Positions 1 to 8,646 of a stretch of DNA of 43,817 nt are shown here, one piece after another. Source of the DNA: a virus (taxonomy: Duplodnaviria > Caudoviricetes); the IMG/VR virus record IMGVR_UViG_3300037458_001029, positions 1-43,817 of that record; one strand, given 5' to 3'. Positions within the stretch are counted from its first letter, which is position 1. The number at the start of each line of letters is the position of its first letter. The position numbers and the translations under genes are program-made. The notes below the pieces were generated by a model that was not told the DNA's origin, did no database searches, and saw only the letters and a program-made list of their open reading frames with translations.

Positions 1-131
1 CAGGTTGGATGGAAGTTTTGCCTTGAGCCAGGGCCGGCCATTAATGGCGCTGGCGGCGAGTATCTGGCATCCGGCTTGGCGGAGAAGTCCCGCAGTGGTT
101 GTTGTCAGGGCGGCGTGGTATTGGGTGGGTG

Positions 132-353
132 TCATTTCGATTCCTCGGTGCCAAATTCAGCCAGCAGTGAAGCCCATTCGTCGATTTGCGTGTCTCCGGT
201 TCGCCGGAGGTATTCGATCAGCGGAAGCCCGTTAAGAATTTCCTGTCTGGCAATCTCAAGCGGGGTCGGCTGATCTGGCGGATACTCTGGCCTGTCGTCC
301 TCGAAGATGTCGCCCATGCCATGACACGGGCATCCGTAATACATCAGCGTCAT
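132..353 (-). CDS. Hypothetical early protein
   Basis: Track ORF 132..392 trimmed to the ATG at 353, which overlaps the upstream stop (ATGA); part of a coupled leftward chain. Confidence 0.55.
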   Translation of the reverse strand: MTLMYYGCPCHGMGDIFEDDRPEYPPDQPTPLEIARQEILNGLPLIEYLRRTGDTQIDEWASLLAEFGTEESK

Positions 354-508
354 GACTTGGCCCTCCGATACGTGGCAGCCGGGCGCCGCCAATGGTGACG
401 TGCGAGAGATGGGAGGATTACGTCGGCCAGGATGGCCATGACGGCGAAGGCGAGGGACAGGCCACCGATGAAAAGGAGGAAGACGGCGAAGGTGGTAAGC
501 TCAATCAT
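350..508 (-). CDS. Small membrane protein, 52 aa (MIELTTFAVFLLFIGGLSLAFAVMAILADV...)
   Basis: Translated by hand, below the track cut-off; long hydrophobic segment and basic tail; overlaps both neighbours. Confidence 0.55.
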   Translation of the reverse strand: MIELTTFAVFLLFIGGLSLAFAVMAILADVILPSLARHHWRRPAATYRRAKS

Positions 509-692
509 CGGGGTTACCACCTTTTATGCTGCGCCGAGCCGCTTCGCGCCGGCATTGCTCCTCGAATGCCAGGCGCTGGAGGTGGTAGGCAGACGACTCG
601 AAGTTATCCAGATCGGCATCCGTGGCCTGGGCGAGTGATTCCCGCGTCACGTGAAGGCTCATGGCCTGGGTGACTTCGGCCAGCTTATTCAT
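501..692 (-). CDS. Hypothetical protein, paralog-like to 685..921
   Basis: ATG at 692 preceded by AGGAG; similarity to the neighbouring ORF. Confidence 0.55.
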   Translation of the reverse strand: MNKLAEVTQAMSLHVTRESLAQATDADLDNFESSAYHLQRLAFEEQCRREAARRSIKGGNPDD

Positions 693-921
693 GGGCTGGC
701 TCCTGACGGACACCGGAGAAGGACTTTCCCTGTCCCATCGCAATGGCCGTGAAACGGTCCTGTACACGACGCCCTAGCTCCGTGAGGGCTGCGCTTTGGA
801 ACCTGTACGCCCCAGCTTCCAGACGGCGCAGATCGTCGTCTGAAAGGTTGGCAACCTCGCTGAGCTTGGGGGCACCGTGGATGGTGCCCTCTAGCTCGCT
901 GATCATGTGCTGGATCTTCAT
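685..921 (-). CDS. Hypothetical protein
   Basis: ORF with a GAGGAGGGG RBS in the leftward early operon. Confidence 0.6.
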   Translation of the reverse strand: MKIQHMISELEGTIHGAPKLSEVANLSDDDLRRLEAGAYRFQSAALTELGRRVQDRFTAIAMGQGKSFSGVRQEPAHE

Positions 922-955
922 CTCCCCTCCTCGCCAGGCCGGGATGGCTGTTGTG

Positions 956-1516
956 TTATTGATGCGAAAGTTCAGTCAGCACTGGCAACATAGGTCCGCG
1001 CCCAGTAGCCAGCCATTCCAGTGCCACGCCAAGCTGTATAGCCAGGCCAATCATTCCTTCCATCGTTGGTAACTTTTCACCAGTCAGGTAGTTGCCTGCA
1101 TGGCGTTCGGTCACGCTGGCAATGGCGGACAAGTGGCGCTTTTTGTCGATGGTTTTATCAGTCACGCCAGCCAGCGTAAGGGCTTGAGACAATCGGTCAG
1201 CAAATCGCGTCTTGGAGTTTTCGGAACGCGGCGACTTGTAATCTACGGCTGGAGGTGGCGTCTTGCCGTTATCTACAACCGCAACAACAGCTTGGTCAAA
1301 GTCCACGTCAAACCATTCACCGATGGCACGATGGCCGTCCAAAACGTGATGAGCGCGGATCTCGGCTTTGGCATCGAAGGTGCCAGGGATGGAAATCCAA
1401 GCGCGTGAGCTGCGAAACCCTCCCTGACGTTCTAATGACTTGATGCGCTGATTTGGGTTGATGCTGCGCCCGATTTTGACGAGGCCATCGGTGCGTTCTA
1501 TGACGTAAACCTGCAT
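956..1516 (-). CDS. T5orf172/MUG113-type GIY-YIG domain fused to an XRE-like HTH
   Basis: VYVI...VKIGRS.NP.QRIKSL...E..AH...GEWF motif; C-terminal FADRLSQAL...NYLTGEKLP...LGVALEWLATG; AGGAG RBS before ATG at 1516. Confidence 0.75.
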   Translation of the reverse strand: MQVYVIERTDGLVKIGRSINPNQRIKSLERQGGFRSSRAWISIPGTFDAKAEIRAHHVLDGHRAIGEWFDVDFDQAVVAVVDNGKTPPPAVDYKSPRSENSKTRFADRLSQALTLAGVTDKTIDKKRHLSAIASVTERHAGNYLTGEKLPTMEGMIGLAIQLGVALEWLATGRGPMLPVLTELSHQ

Positions 1517-1551
1517 GGTTTTTTCTCCTGGTGACACGTTGGCTGGCTAAA

Positions 1552-1603
1552 TTTGCGTCTAGTGCAAACTTTAGTACATGCCAAACATTGCGTCAAGCGC
1601 AAT
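1552..1603 (-). promoter_or_regulatory. PL-like sigma70 promoter with two 17-bp operators (OL)
   Basis: Minus strand TTGACG (1596-1591), 17 bp, TAAAGT (1573-1568); palindromes TTTGCGTCTAGTGCAAA (1552-1568) and ATTGCGTCAAGCGCAAT (1587-1603). Confidence 0.75.
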
Positions 1604-1675
1604 TTTACAGGCAAGCGAAAATTTCTTAGGGCAGAGGTTGCGGGCGCAACCTTCCCCTTCGGCCTGACCTTGCGG

Positions 1676-2035
1676 CTAGGCCGCCTTGCTGGATGTCTCC
1701 CGTTTAGGGTCCGGAGGATTCTCGGGAAACAAAATACTGAGCTGGCTAGGATCAAGGCCGTCGATCATCGCCTTGAGCCTGGCCTTGCGCTCGTCTTCGG
1801 CAGTGATGGGGCGGAAAATCCCATCTTCCGCGATCTTATAGAGATCAGAGACTTTCATCCCCAGGAAGTCAGCGATGATCCTGACGTACTCGCTACCGAT
1901 GGATTTTCCGTGGCGGAGCCAGCGCGTGATGGTCGCGGGGTCTTTGTCGCACAGCTCAGCCAAGCGAAGCTGCGAGATGTCTCGCGCCTCGATGACCTGC
2001 TTGATCGCCCAGCCGATGTGATGCCCCTGCTCCAT
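1676..2035 (-). CDS. cI: CI-like XRE HTH repressor without a peptidase domain
   Basis: MEQGHHIGWAIKQVIEARDISQLRLAELCDKDPATITRWLR HTH; divergent from the cro-like gene and flanked by operators; start trimmed from track ORF 1676..2374. Confidence 0.75.
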   Translation of the reverse strand: MEQGHHIGWAIKQVIEARDISQLRLAELCDKDPATITRWLRHGKSIGSEYVRIIADFLGMKVSDLYKIAEDGIFRPITAEDERKARLKAMIDGLDPSQLSILFPENPPDPKRETSSKAA

Positions 2036-2043
2036 GGCTTTAT

Positions 2044-2124
2044 CTTGCGCCTGGCCAGGATCAATCGTTTCGCGCCAGGCGCAAAGAGTGCTTGACTTGC
2101 AAATTGCGCTTGGCGCAATATACT
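2044..2124. promoter_or_regulatory. OR operators and PR/PRM promoters
   Basis: ATTGCGCTTGGCGCAAT (2103-2119), TTCGCGCCAGGCGCAAA (2069-2085) and a half-site at 2044; PR is TTGCAA (2097) to TATACT (2119-2124). Confidence 0.7.
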
Positions 2125-2131
2125 CACCATC

Positions 2132-2359
2132 ATGAGTACCCTTCGTAACAAACGACTCGCCATGGGGCTGCGCTTGATTGAAGCGGCCCGCGAGCTTGGC
2201 ACCGATCCTGGCAACCTGTCGCGGATTGAGGCCGGCACGCAGTTTCCGCGTGTCGATCTGGCCAAGCGCATGGCTCAACTGTATGGGCTGACGCTGGATG
2301 AGGTTTTTTCCTCCCAGTCTTCCGACAGTCCATCGGCGTTGGGCGCTCAGGCCGCCTAG
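2132..2359 (+). CDS. cro: Cro-like HTH regulator
   Basis: LRNKRLAMGLRLIEAARELGTDPGNLSRIEAG XRE HTH, divergent from cI. Confidence 0.8.
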   Translation: MSTLRNKRLAMGLRLIEAARELGTDPGNLSRIEAGTQFPRVDLAKRMAQLYGLTLDEVFSSQSSDSPSALGAQAA

Positions 2360-2410
2360 CATGTCAGTTTTCATCGTGCTCTCCCCTCGCCCCCACCCTG
2401 GGGGCTTTGT

Positions 2411-2442
2411 GCCCGCGGACCCCCTACCGCGGGCCTTTTTTT
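2411..2442 (+). terminator. Intrinsic terminator (tR1-like position)
   Basis: GCCCGCGG, 8-nt loop, CCGCGGGC followed by C and T7. Confidence 0.8.
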
Positions 2443-2457
2443 GCCTGAGGGGCCGCC

Positions 2458-2664
2458 ATGCTGACTAAGCCCGATCTGCACATCCGCTTGAGCCCCGAGG
2501 CCAAGGCGGCGCTACATCTGCTGGCAGAAGTCGAACAGCTTCCGATATCAGTCCTGGCCGCTCGCTACCTGGAGGAGACCATCCTCGGGCGGTCCCATGT
2601 CTTGACTGTAGCCGCCCGTCGTCTGGGGTGCCGGGGAATTTCTGGGAGTGACGGGGATGAGTAG
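2458..2664 (+). CDS. Small DNA-binding protein (ribbon-helix-helix-like, CII position)
   Basis: LHIRLSPEAKAALHLLAE pattern; GAGG RBS; lies after cro. Confidence 0.55.
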   Translation: MLTKPDLHIRLSPEAKAALHLLAEVEQLPISVLAARYLEETILGRSHVLTVAARRLGCRGISGSDGDE

Positions 2665-2947
2665 GAAATTGATCTATGCGCCGGATACCAGGTTGGGGGC
2701 GGCAATCTATCTGCGACCGCACGGGAACCTGGATCTAATCCGCTGGACCTGCTGCGGGAGAGAAGAAATCATCGACCGGGATCGGTTGAACGACATCAAA
2801 CATGGAAAGGTTAAGCGGTGCCCTTTCTGCCGTGAGGGAATGGCAGTGGCGGAAAATGAGGCAAAACACGCCTTTGAGGTGCTATCCAGTCTCCCGGTAT
2901 CGCCGGGCCTGAAACGAAATATCTGGGGATATCCGAATGCAGCCTAG
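2657..2947 (+). CDS. Hypothetical Cys-containing protein
   Basis: TCCG and CPFC motifs; overlaps both neighbours. Confidence 0.5.
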   Translation: MSRKLIYAPDTRLGAAIYLRPHGNLDLIRWTCCGREEIIDRDRLNDIKHGKVKRCPFCREGMAVAENEAKHAFEVLSSLPVSPGLKRNIWGYPNAA

Positions 2948-3164
2948 TCGTCAAGCGATCGAGATCGTCGATAAATGGTGGCCCGTGGCGGATACGCAGC
3001 CACGGAAAACAGAACAAGCGGTCACGGATTTCAACCTGGCGATGCTCAATTGCCAAGCTGAACTCATCATTTTTCACGTCGCTAACGGGGACGTGGCGGA
3101 AGACAGGATTCAGCCGGCTTATAAAACCGTGCTGGATCTGCGTAGTCGGGGGGCATCCGTCTGA
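2937..3164 (+). CDS. Hypothetical protein
   Basis: ORF in a coupled rightward chain. Confidence 0.5.
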   Translation: MQPSRQAIEIVDKWWPVADTQPRKTEQAVTDFNLAMLNCQAELIIFHVANGDVAEDRIQPAYKTVLDLRSRGASV

Positions 3165-3265
3165 TGGATGCGCTAAGAGCATTTTTGGAAGTGGCCGGGA
3201 TCATTGGTGTCGCCATCCTGGTGATGGTCCTGATCAACATTCAATTCAAAAAGCCCTGGCGATGA
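3164..3265 (+). CDS. Single-TM mini-protein, 33 aa (MDALRAFLEVAGIIGVAILVMVLINIQFKKPWR)
   Basis: Translated by hand; TGATG and ATGA coupling on both sides. Confidence 0.5.
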   Translation: MDALRAFLEVAGIIGVAILVMVLINIQFKKPWR

Positions 3266-3492
3266 AACAGCTTTATGGCCCCTCCGGCCATCGAGTCGGG
3301 GAATGGCACCAACGCGCCAAATACCCGGCTGAGACGGTGCGGGAGGCCCTGCGCCTACAAGGCCAAGGGCTAGGCTGTGAACGCATTGGCGCCGCCCTGG
3401 GCGTCCCCTGGCGTACTGTTTCGGATTGGTTGTCTGGGGCCACACGGGGATATGACGCGACGATACCCGCTACAAAAAATACACCGGGATGA
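3262..3492 (+). CDS. Small HTH protein
   Basis: GEWHQRAKY...GLGCERIGAALGVPWRTVSDW HTH pattern. Confidence 0.65.
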   Translation: MKQLYGPSGHRVGEWHQRAKYPAETVREALRLQGQGLGCERIGAALGVPWRTVSDWLSGATRGYDATIPATKNTPG

Positions 3493-3731
3493 CCATGCAC
3501 GCCACGCTGATTGAAATCGAGCACTGCCCAGTGGGCTATCGCTATTCCAACCTGGCGGGCCAGCGGTTTTGGGCACGATCCTGCTCCGAGGCGGAAGAGC
3601 GTGATTGCTGGGTGATCCTACCAGGACAAGGTGAACATACCGATACAGTAGTGCTGGCCGAGCACGCCTGGCAGGTCCAGGAGGGGCAGGTGGAACTGGT
3701 GTTACAAGTTGTTGGGTTAGAGCCGTGCTGA
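3489..3731 (+). CDS. Hypothetical protein
   Basis: ATGA-coupled ORF immediately before the primase. Confidence 0.45.
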   Translation: MTMHATLIEIEHCPVGYRYSNLAGQRFWARSCSEAEERDCWVILPGQGEHTDTVVLAEHAWQVQEGQVELVLQVVGLEPC

Positions 3732-6034
3732 CAGATACGCCGTTAGGCCCGCCCTCGATGGATGGCAAGCACGTTTGGCTGGGGCTGTCTTTGCTGCCGG
3801 ATAACGTGCCGGCAATCCTGCGCCATATTGACCAGTGGGTGCTGTGGAAGGCTGAGCCGAAAAAGGACGGTGGCATAAGCAAGGTGCCCTATACCGTGCG
3901 CGGCGTCCATGCCTCCTCTATCAATCCACATACCTGGAGCGATTGGGGCACGGTGCTGGCGGCTTATCAGGAAGAGGGCGCGGATTATGATGGTGCCGGT
4001 TTCAACGTGCGCAGGGAGAACGGCATCCTGCCGCTAGATTTTGATCATGTGCGGGATGCCCATAGCGGGGTGATTGATCCAGTGGCGCTGGCGGCGATTC
4101 ATCGCCTGGGCACTTATGCCGAGATTAGTCCATCGGGAACAGGCATCCGCGTCATTGGTTTTGGTGCACTGGAAAGGGCCATCACCAGCCCGCGGTTACA
4201 GGGCTGGGTGACCGGGCGATACGTCACCATCACCGGACAGAGATTGGCGGGCGTTCCTGAAGACCTGGCCCCAATCGACCCGCAGGTGCTGGCAGAGGTA
4301 GTGGCGTTGTTCGCCGCCCCGCCGGTAATCGCTCCCCCGGTGACGGGGGATGGTCCGGTGGTGGGGGCGAATCTGCCACTGAGTCCGGCGCAGTGCCTGG
4401 AGATTCGCCAGGCCCTGGGTTATCTGGACCCGGATCGACAATACGATCAATGGCTACAAATTGGCATGGCCCTGCACAGTACCGGAGCGGTCAATGCCTT
4501 CGGGTTGTGGAACGAGTGGAGCGCGACCGGGCCGAAGTACGACGCCCAGGTGTGTCGGGCGAAATGGAAAAGCTTCACCGATCGCGGGAGCGGCGTCCAA
4601 TTAGCGACGTTATTCAAGCTGGCGATGGATGCCGGGTGGGTGAATGGGGCGACCCGCGAGGCCAGGGCCTTTGAGGCGGTTACGGGACAGACCGTAGAGG
4701 AGGCCAATCGTAAGGCCCCCGAGTTGGTTGTAACACCCGTGACCGAACCAGCGGTGATGCCATTCCCGGTTAGTGATCTGAATGCCGTGGCGGATTGGAT
4801 AGCCGCCGGTGCCGCGGTCAGTTATCCGGTGGTGACGCAGCAGGCGGTGCTTTGCCTAGTCGGCACGATAGCATCACGGCTTTATGTCACACCGCAGGGC
4901 GATCCCTTGTCCCTGTACCTGGGGGCGGCGGCGCGGACGGTGGGTGAGCTGCGGTATGCCCACCATGCCGTGCGGCGCCTGCTTGCGGAGGCGGGACTGA
5001 TGCGCATGATTCGCGCCACCCGATTTACCTCGCCGCAGACCATTTACAAAACCCTGATGCGGTCGCCGGCGGCCCTGTATCTTAGTGACGACTATGGCGG
5101 GCTTTCTGCTTTTGCCAGGCGTCAACCGAGTGGCCTACAGGAGCAGGCACTGGCGACTTTAGCGGCCTGTTATGACGGCAAGCCGATCCAGTTGGATGGC
5201 CCGGAGGAGGCGGGGATTCGCCGTACCGAGGTGAAAGACGATCAGCCGGTGATCCAGTCGCCGGCCCTGTCACTGTTCGCCCTGGTGGGCAGTGATCATC
5301 TGGTTACCTTGTTGCGAGCTTCGGAATTGGGGCGCGGCGCTTTAGAGCAATTACTGCTGGCCATCGGTGACGATACCGCGGCCGAAGTACATGAGCCTGA
5401 CCCGGCCCCGCCCCCCCCTTGGGTGGCGGAACACCTGATGGCGATCCGCAACCTAAAACCTATCGAGGCCCTGCACCACAATCTGGTAGATATCTTCCAT
5501 GGAAATGCTGAAACCCTGCCTACGGCGATGATTGTGCCGTTCCAAGTGGATTTGGCGGCAGCATATAGCATACTGGATGAGGTCTCGGCTGAGCGGCGGG
5601 TACGTCCCTTGTTGCTGGCAGCGCGGGGCATCTTGCGTCGCATTGCCGCAGGTCTAGCGGTCTGGCGGCAGCCGAGGGCGCCGGTGGTGGATCGTGATTT
5701 GCTCGATTGGAGCCTGGCGTATGTGCGGTCGCGGATGGTGTCCATGGTAGAGCAATTCGATATACTGCACGGGGGTGATGGCAAGGCGTCGGTCTACGAC
5801 ACCGTGCTGGCCAAGATTTATGGGGAAAAGAGTGCCGGCATGGCCAGAGGGGCATTGCCGGCCTGTGTGCGAGCCTATCGCAATCTTCCTAATGATAAGC
5901 GCAGTGAGTTGGTCGAGCAGATGTTGAACGATGGCGTCATTTTCGAGGTGGCAGTGAAGACCGGCAGTGGTGCCGGCCGTCCGCAGAAGCGGTTGATCGC
6001 CGCCAAGTACGTCAAGCAGGAGGTACGGTCATGA
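3725..6034 (+). CDS. AEP primase-polymerase, PriCT-2 and DUF3987-like helicase domain
   Basis: QWVLWK..KVPY..TW..DFDH..YAEISPSGTG primpol motifs; YDQWLQIGMALH..WNEWS..KY..KWKSF (PriCT-2); C-terminal ATPase-like domain with degenerate Walker motifs. Confidence 0.8.
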   Translation: MLTDTPLGPPSMDGKHVWLGLSLLPDNVPAILRHIDQWVLWKAEPKKDGGISKVPYTVRGVHASSINPHTWSDWGTVLAAYQEEGADYDGAGFNVRRENGILPLDFDHVRDAHSGVIDPVALAAIHRLGTYAEISPSGTGIRVIGFGALERAITSPRLQGWVTGRYVTITGQRLAGVPEDLAPIDPQVLAEVVALFAAPPVIAPPVTGDGPVVGANLPLSPAQCLEIRQALGYLDPDRQYDQWLQIGMALHSTGAVNAFGLWNEWSATGPKYDAQVCRAKWKSFTDRGSGVQLATLFKLAMDAGWVNGATREARAFEAVTGQTVEEANRKAPELVVTPVTEPAVMPFPVSDLNAVADWIAAGAAVSYPVVTQQAVLCLVGTIASRLYVTPQGDPLSLYLGAAARTVGELRYAHHAVRRLLAEAGLMRMIRATRFTSPQTIYKTLMRSPAALYLSDDYGGLSAFARRQPSGLQEQALATLAACYDGKPIQLDGPEEAGIRRTEVKDDQPVIQSPALSLFALVGSDHLVTLLRASELGRGALEQLLLAIGDDTAAEVHEPDPAPPPPWVAEHLMAIRNLKPIEALHHNLVDIFHGNAETLPTAMIVPFQVDLAAAYSILDEVSAERRVRPLLLAARGILRRIAAGLAVWRQPRAPVVDRDLLDWSLAYVRSRMVSMVEQFDILHGGDGKASVYDTVLAKIYGEKSAGMARGALPACVRAYRNLPNDKRSELVEQMLNDGVIFEVAVKTGSGAGRPQKRLIAAKYVKQEVRS

Positions 6035-6050
6035 GTGCGTCGCGGCTGAA

Positions 6051-6300
6051 TTCTCTGACAATTTCCTATTTTTCTGACATTTTTCTGACGCCCCGTGTCA
6101 GAAAAATTATGGCTTCAAGCCTTGGATTTACTTACGTTTCTAGCGAGTCCTCTATTTTTCTGACGTTATGACGCTCTTCTCTGGAGAGCTAAGGATAAGA
6201 GGAAAAAAGCTAATAAGCGTCATAAGTATTAAAAATTCGCCAAAACGTTGATTCTACTTCGATAATTTCTCTGACATTTCTCTGACAGGCGTCATAAAAA
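6051..6300. repeat. AT-rich iteron-like array, candidate replication origin
   Basis: TCTGAC repeats at about 6051, 6071, 6081, 6156, 6267 and 6277, an inverted TGTCAGAAAA at 6096, and TTATGACG/CGTCATAA variants at 6166, 6218 and 6290. Confidence 0.7.
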
Positions 6301-6324
6301 TTCAATAAATTCCCCAGGAGCCCC

Positions 6325-7812
6325 GTGATGCCTGTTTCTACGCCATCATCAGCTACCTTGACCTTGCAACAGGCTATGGCCTATGCCGTGCTGCTGGATT
6401 TTCTGGAAGGACGCAGTGACGCCGGTCTGGCTGTGCTGCGTGGCTACGCCGGCACGGGCAAGACCTTCTTGGTCGGCAAGTTGATTCATGACCTTGATCC
6501 TGGCATGACGGTTGCTGTCGCGGCGCCGACCAATAAGGCGGTCAAAGTGCTGCGTGAGAAGATCCTGGAAGCCGGTGGACTGGTGGCAGAGGAACCGCTG
6601 GATAACATTGGGCACCTGGAGGAGCGAACGCGGGTGGCATTCGGCTCGATTCATTCTCTGCTGGGGTTGCAGTTGACCGAGCGGGAGGACGGGAGTCAGG
6701 AGTGCAAAAGCGCCCGCAATCCATCGCTGCATAAATACGATGTGGTGATCATCGACGAGTGTTCGATGATCGGTGCCGATCTCTTTCGCCAGGTGGTGCT
6801 GTGCAAGCGACAGACGCGGGTATTGTTCGTCGGTGACCCGGCGCAACTGCCACCCGTCGAGGCCAATGAGGCAGAGAGCCCGACTTTTCATCAGGTGTCT
6901 TTGCAGGTGATGTTGACCGAAGTGGTGCGTCAGGCGGCGGACAATCCCATCATTCAGTTGTCGTTGTTACTGCGTCGCGCCATCGAGTCAGGACAACGCG
7001 CAGATATAACCGCCATGGCGGCTGTACTGCCATCCCTGCATGAGCATCCTCAAGCGGCCCTGGTGCCAGGGGATGCTCATACCGTGATGAATTTTGCCCT
7101 TTATGAGATCAATGCCGGACGGGATGCCCGGGTGCTGGCTTTCACCAATGAGGCGGTCAATCGCTACAACCGGGCGATTCATGAGGCGTTGCATGGACCA
7201 CAAGCCAAGCCTTTTGTGGTGGGAGAGCGGGTCATCCTGCACAGTCAATGCGATGCCCTGAAATGTGAGGACGATGGCCAGATAACCGGGCTAAAGACGA
7301 TGCTGATTACCAGTGAGGAGGCGGTGATTCAGCATATCCAGCCGAAGAAACATCCCCAGTGGGACTTGATCCCAGCGCATCAGGTATTTCTGAAACGAGA
7401 TACCGGCGAGCAGGTGGCGGTTTATTTACCGGATGATCCGGCGAATTTGGAGCGGGAGATCGGCGCCCAATTTGGGCAATGGCGAGAGCTGAAGGCGAAA
7501 GCTGATGCGGCGTATGCCAGTGCCCGTCGCATTCGTGATGATGAGTTACGCCTGGAGAATCAACGTGCGGGCGATGAATTTACTACGCAAGCCAAAGCAG
7601 CTTCCGGCAAAGCCTGGGCCTTGCGCCGGGCTTTTGCTCCACTACGCCACGCTTATGCCCTAACGACACATAAATCTCAGGGCTCAACTTTCGATACCGC
7701 GATTGTCGATCTCAATGATCTTGATCGGATGCGCTCGGCCTTTGCCTTTAATCGCGGGCTGTATGTAGCAGCGACGCGCCCACGGTCTTACCTTGCCGTT
7801 GTGGTGGCGTAA
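6325..7812 (+). CDS. Dda/RecD-like SF1B helicase
   Basis: GYAGTGKT, APTNKA, IIDECSM, GDPAQLPP, YALTTHKSQGSTF and LYVAATR motifs. Confidence 0.9.
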   Translation: MMPVSTPSSATLTLQQAMAYAVLLDFLEGRSDAGLAVLRGYAGTGKTFLVGKLIHDLDPGMTVAVAAPTNKAVKVLREKILEAGGLVAEEPLDNIGHLEERTRVAFGSIHSLLGLQLTEREDGSQECKSARNPSLHKYDVVIIDECSMIGADLFRQVVLCKRQTRVLFVGDPAQLPPVEANEAESPTFHQVSLQVMLTEVVRQAADNPIIQLSLLLRRAIESGQRADITAMAAVLPSLHEHPQAALVPGDAHTVMNFALYEINAGRDARVLAFTNEAVNRYNRAIHEALHGPQAKPFVVGERVILHSQCDALKCEDDGQITGLKTMLITSEEAVIQHIQPKKHPQWDLIPAHQVFLKRDTGEQVAVYLPDDPANLEREIGAQFGQWRELKAKADAAYASARRIRDDELRLENQRAGDEFTTQAKAASGKAWALRRAFAPLRHAYALTTHKSQGSTFDTAIVDLNDLDRMRSAFAFNRGLYVAATRPRSYLAVVVA

Positions 7813-7818
7813 ATTAAA

Positions 7819-8160
7819 TTGATGACTACCAGTCGCCTGGAACAGCTCATGTCCTGGCACCTCGATGCCGCGGGGATGCCGCGTTATGAGCGCGAATTTC
7901 GCTTTCACCCAAGCCGACGCTGGCGGTTTGATTTCGCCTGGCCGGAGCACCTCCTCGCATTGGAGGTGGAAGGAGGGATCTATACCCGTGGACGACACAC
8001 GCGCCCAGGCGGGTTTCGGGCGGATCTGGAAAAATACAATGCGGCGCTCTTGTTGGGGTGGCGCGTTCTGCGCGTCACAGGAGACGAAATCAGGCAGGGA
8101 CAGGCGCTCAGGCTAGTGGAGATGGCCCTGGCCGACACGATGGCTGTAACGGGCGCCTAG
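7819..8160 (+). CDS. PD-(D/E)xK endonuclease (DUF559/Vsr-like phage family)
   Basis: REFRFHPSRRWRFDFAWP...ALEVEGG...D.EKYN. Confidence 0.8.
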   Translation: MMTTSRLEQLMSWHLDAAGMPRYEREFRFHPSRRWRFDFAWPEHLLALEVEGGIYTRGRHTRPGGFRADLEKYNAALLLGWRVLRVTGDEIRQGQALRLVEMALADTMAVTGA

Positions 8161-8330
8161 CGACATAAGACCGAGATAGCGGCTAGGGACAACTGGCGAT
8201 GACCTGGCGGCGAGGTAATGAGGATAACCAAGAGCACTGCCAACGCGGGGCAGGGGAAAATGTTGACGTATGCGTGACTTACACTTAATCCCGTACTACA
8301 CTAAAGGAAACCTGTAACGAGAAACAAACT

Positions 8331-8618
8331 ATGACCGAGGCTGAACTGATTACCGCTATTGCGGCGGAAACCGACCATACTAAGGTGACTGTGCGCACAC
8401 TGATGCGCGTCATGGCCGACGAGATGACGGCGGCTTTACGCCGGGGTGAAGAGGTGACGCTGCCCGGCATGGGCAAGCTCAAGCCGGTATCGAAACCGGC
8501 GCGGCAGGGATGCAATCCCAAGACGGGTGAACCCCTAACGATTCCGGCTAAACACACCGCAAAATTCAGTCCCAGCAAGGGTTTGCTGGAAGCCTTGGAG
8601 CAAAATCAAGCCCGATAG
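8331..8618 (+). CDS. HU/IHF-family DNA-binding protein
   Basis: MTEAELITAIA..GEEVTLPGMGKL..ARQGCNPKTGEPLTIPA..KFSPSK. Confidence 0.9.
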   Translation: MTEAELITAIAAETDHTKVTVRTLMRVMADEMTAALRRGEEVTLPGMGKLKPVSKPARQGCNPKTGEPLTIPAKHTAKFSPSKGLLEALEQNQAR

Positions 8619-8646
8619 GCATCATGCACGGAGCGAGGTAACGGTC

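Noticed and set aside
2036-2374. N-terminal extension of cI given by the ORF track
   Set aside because: It runs through the operators and antisense over cro; the HTH starts at the ATG at 2035.
6051-6300. CRISPR array
   Set aside because: Repeats are only about 6-11 bp, irregularly spaced and in both orientations; no cas genes.
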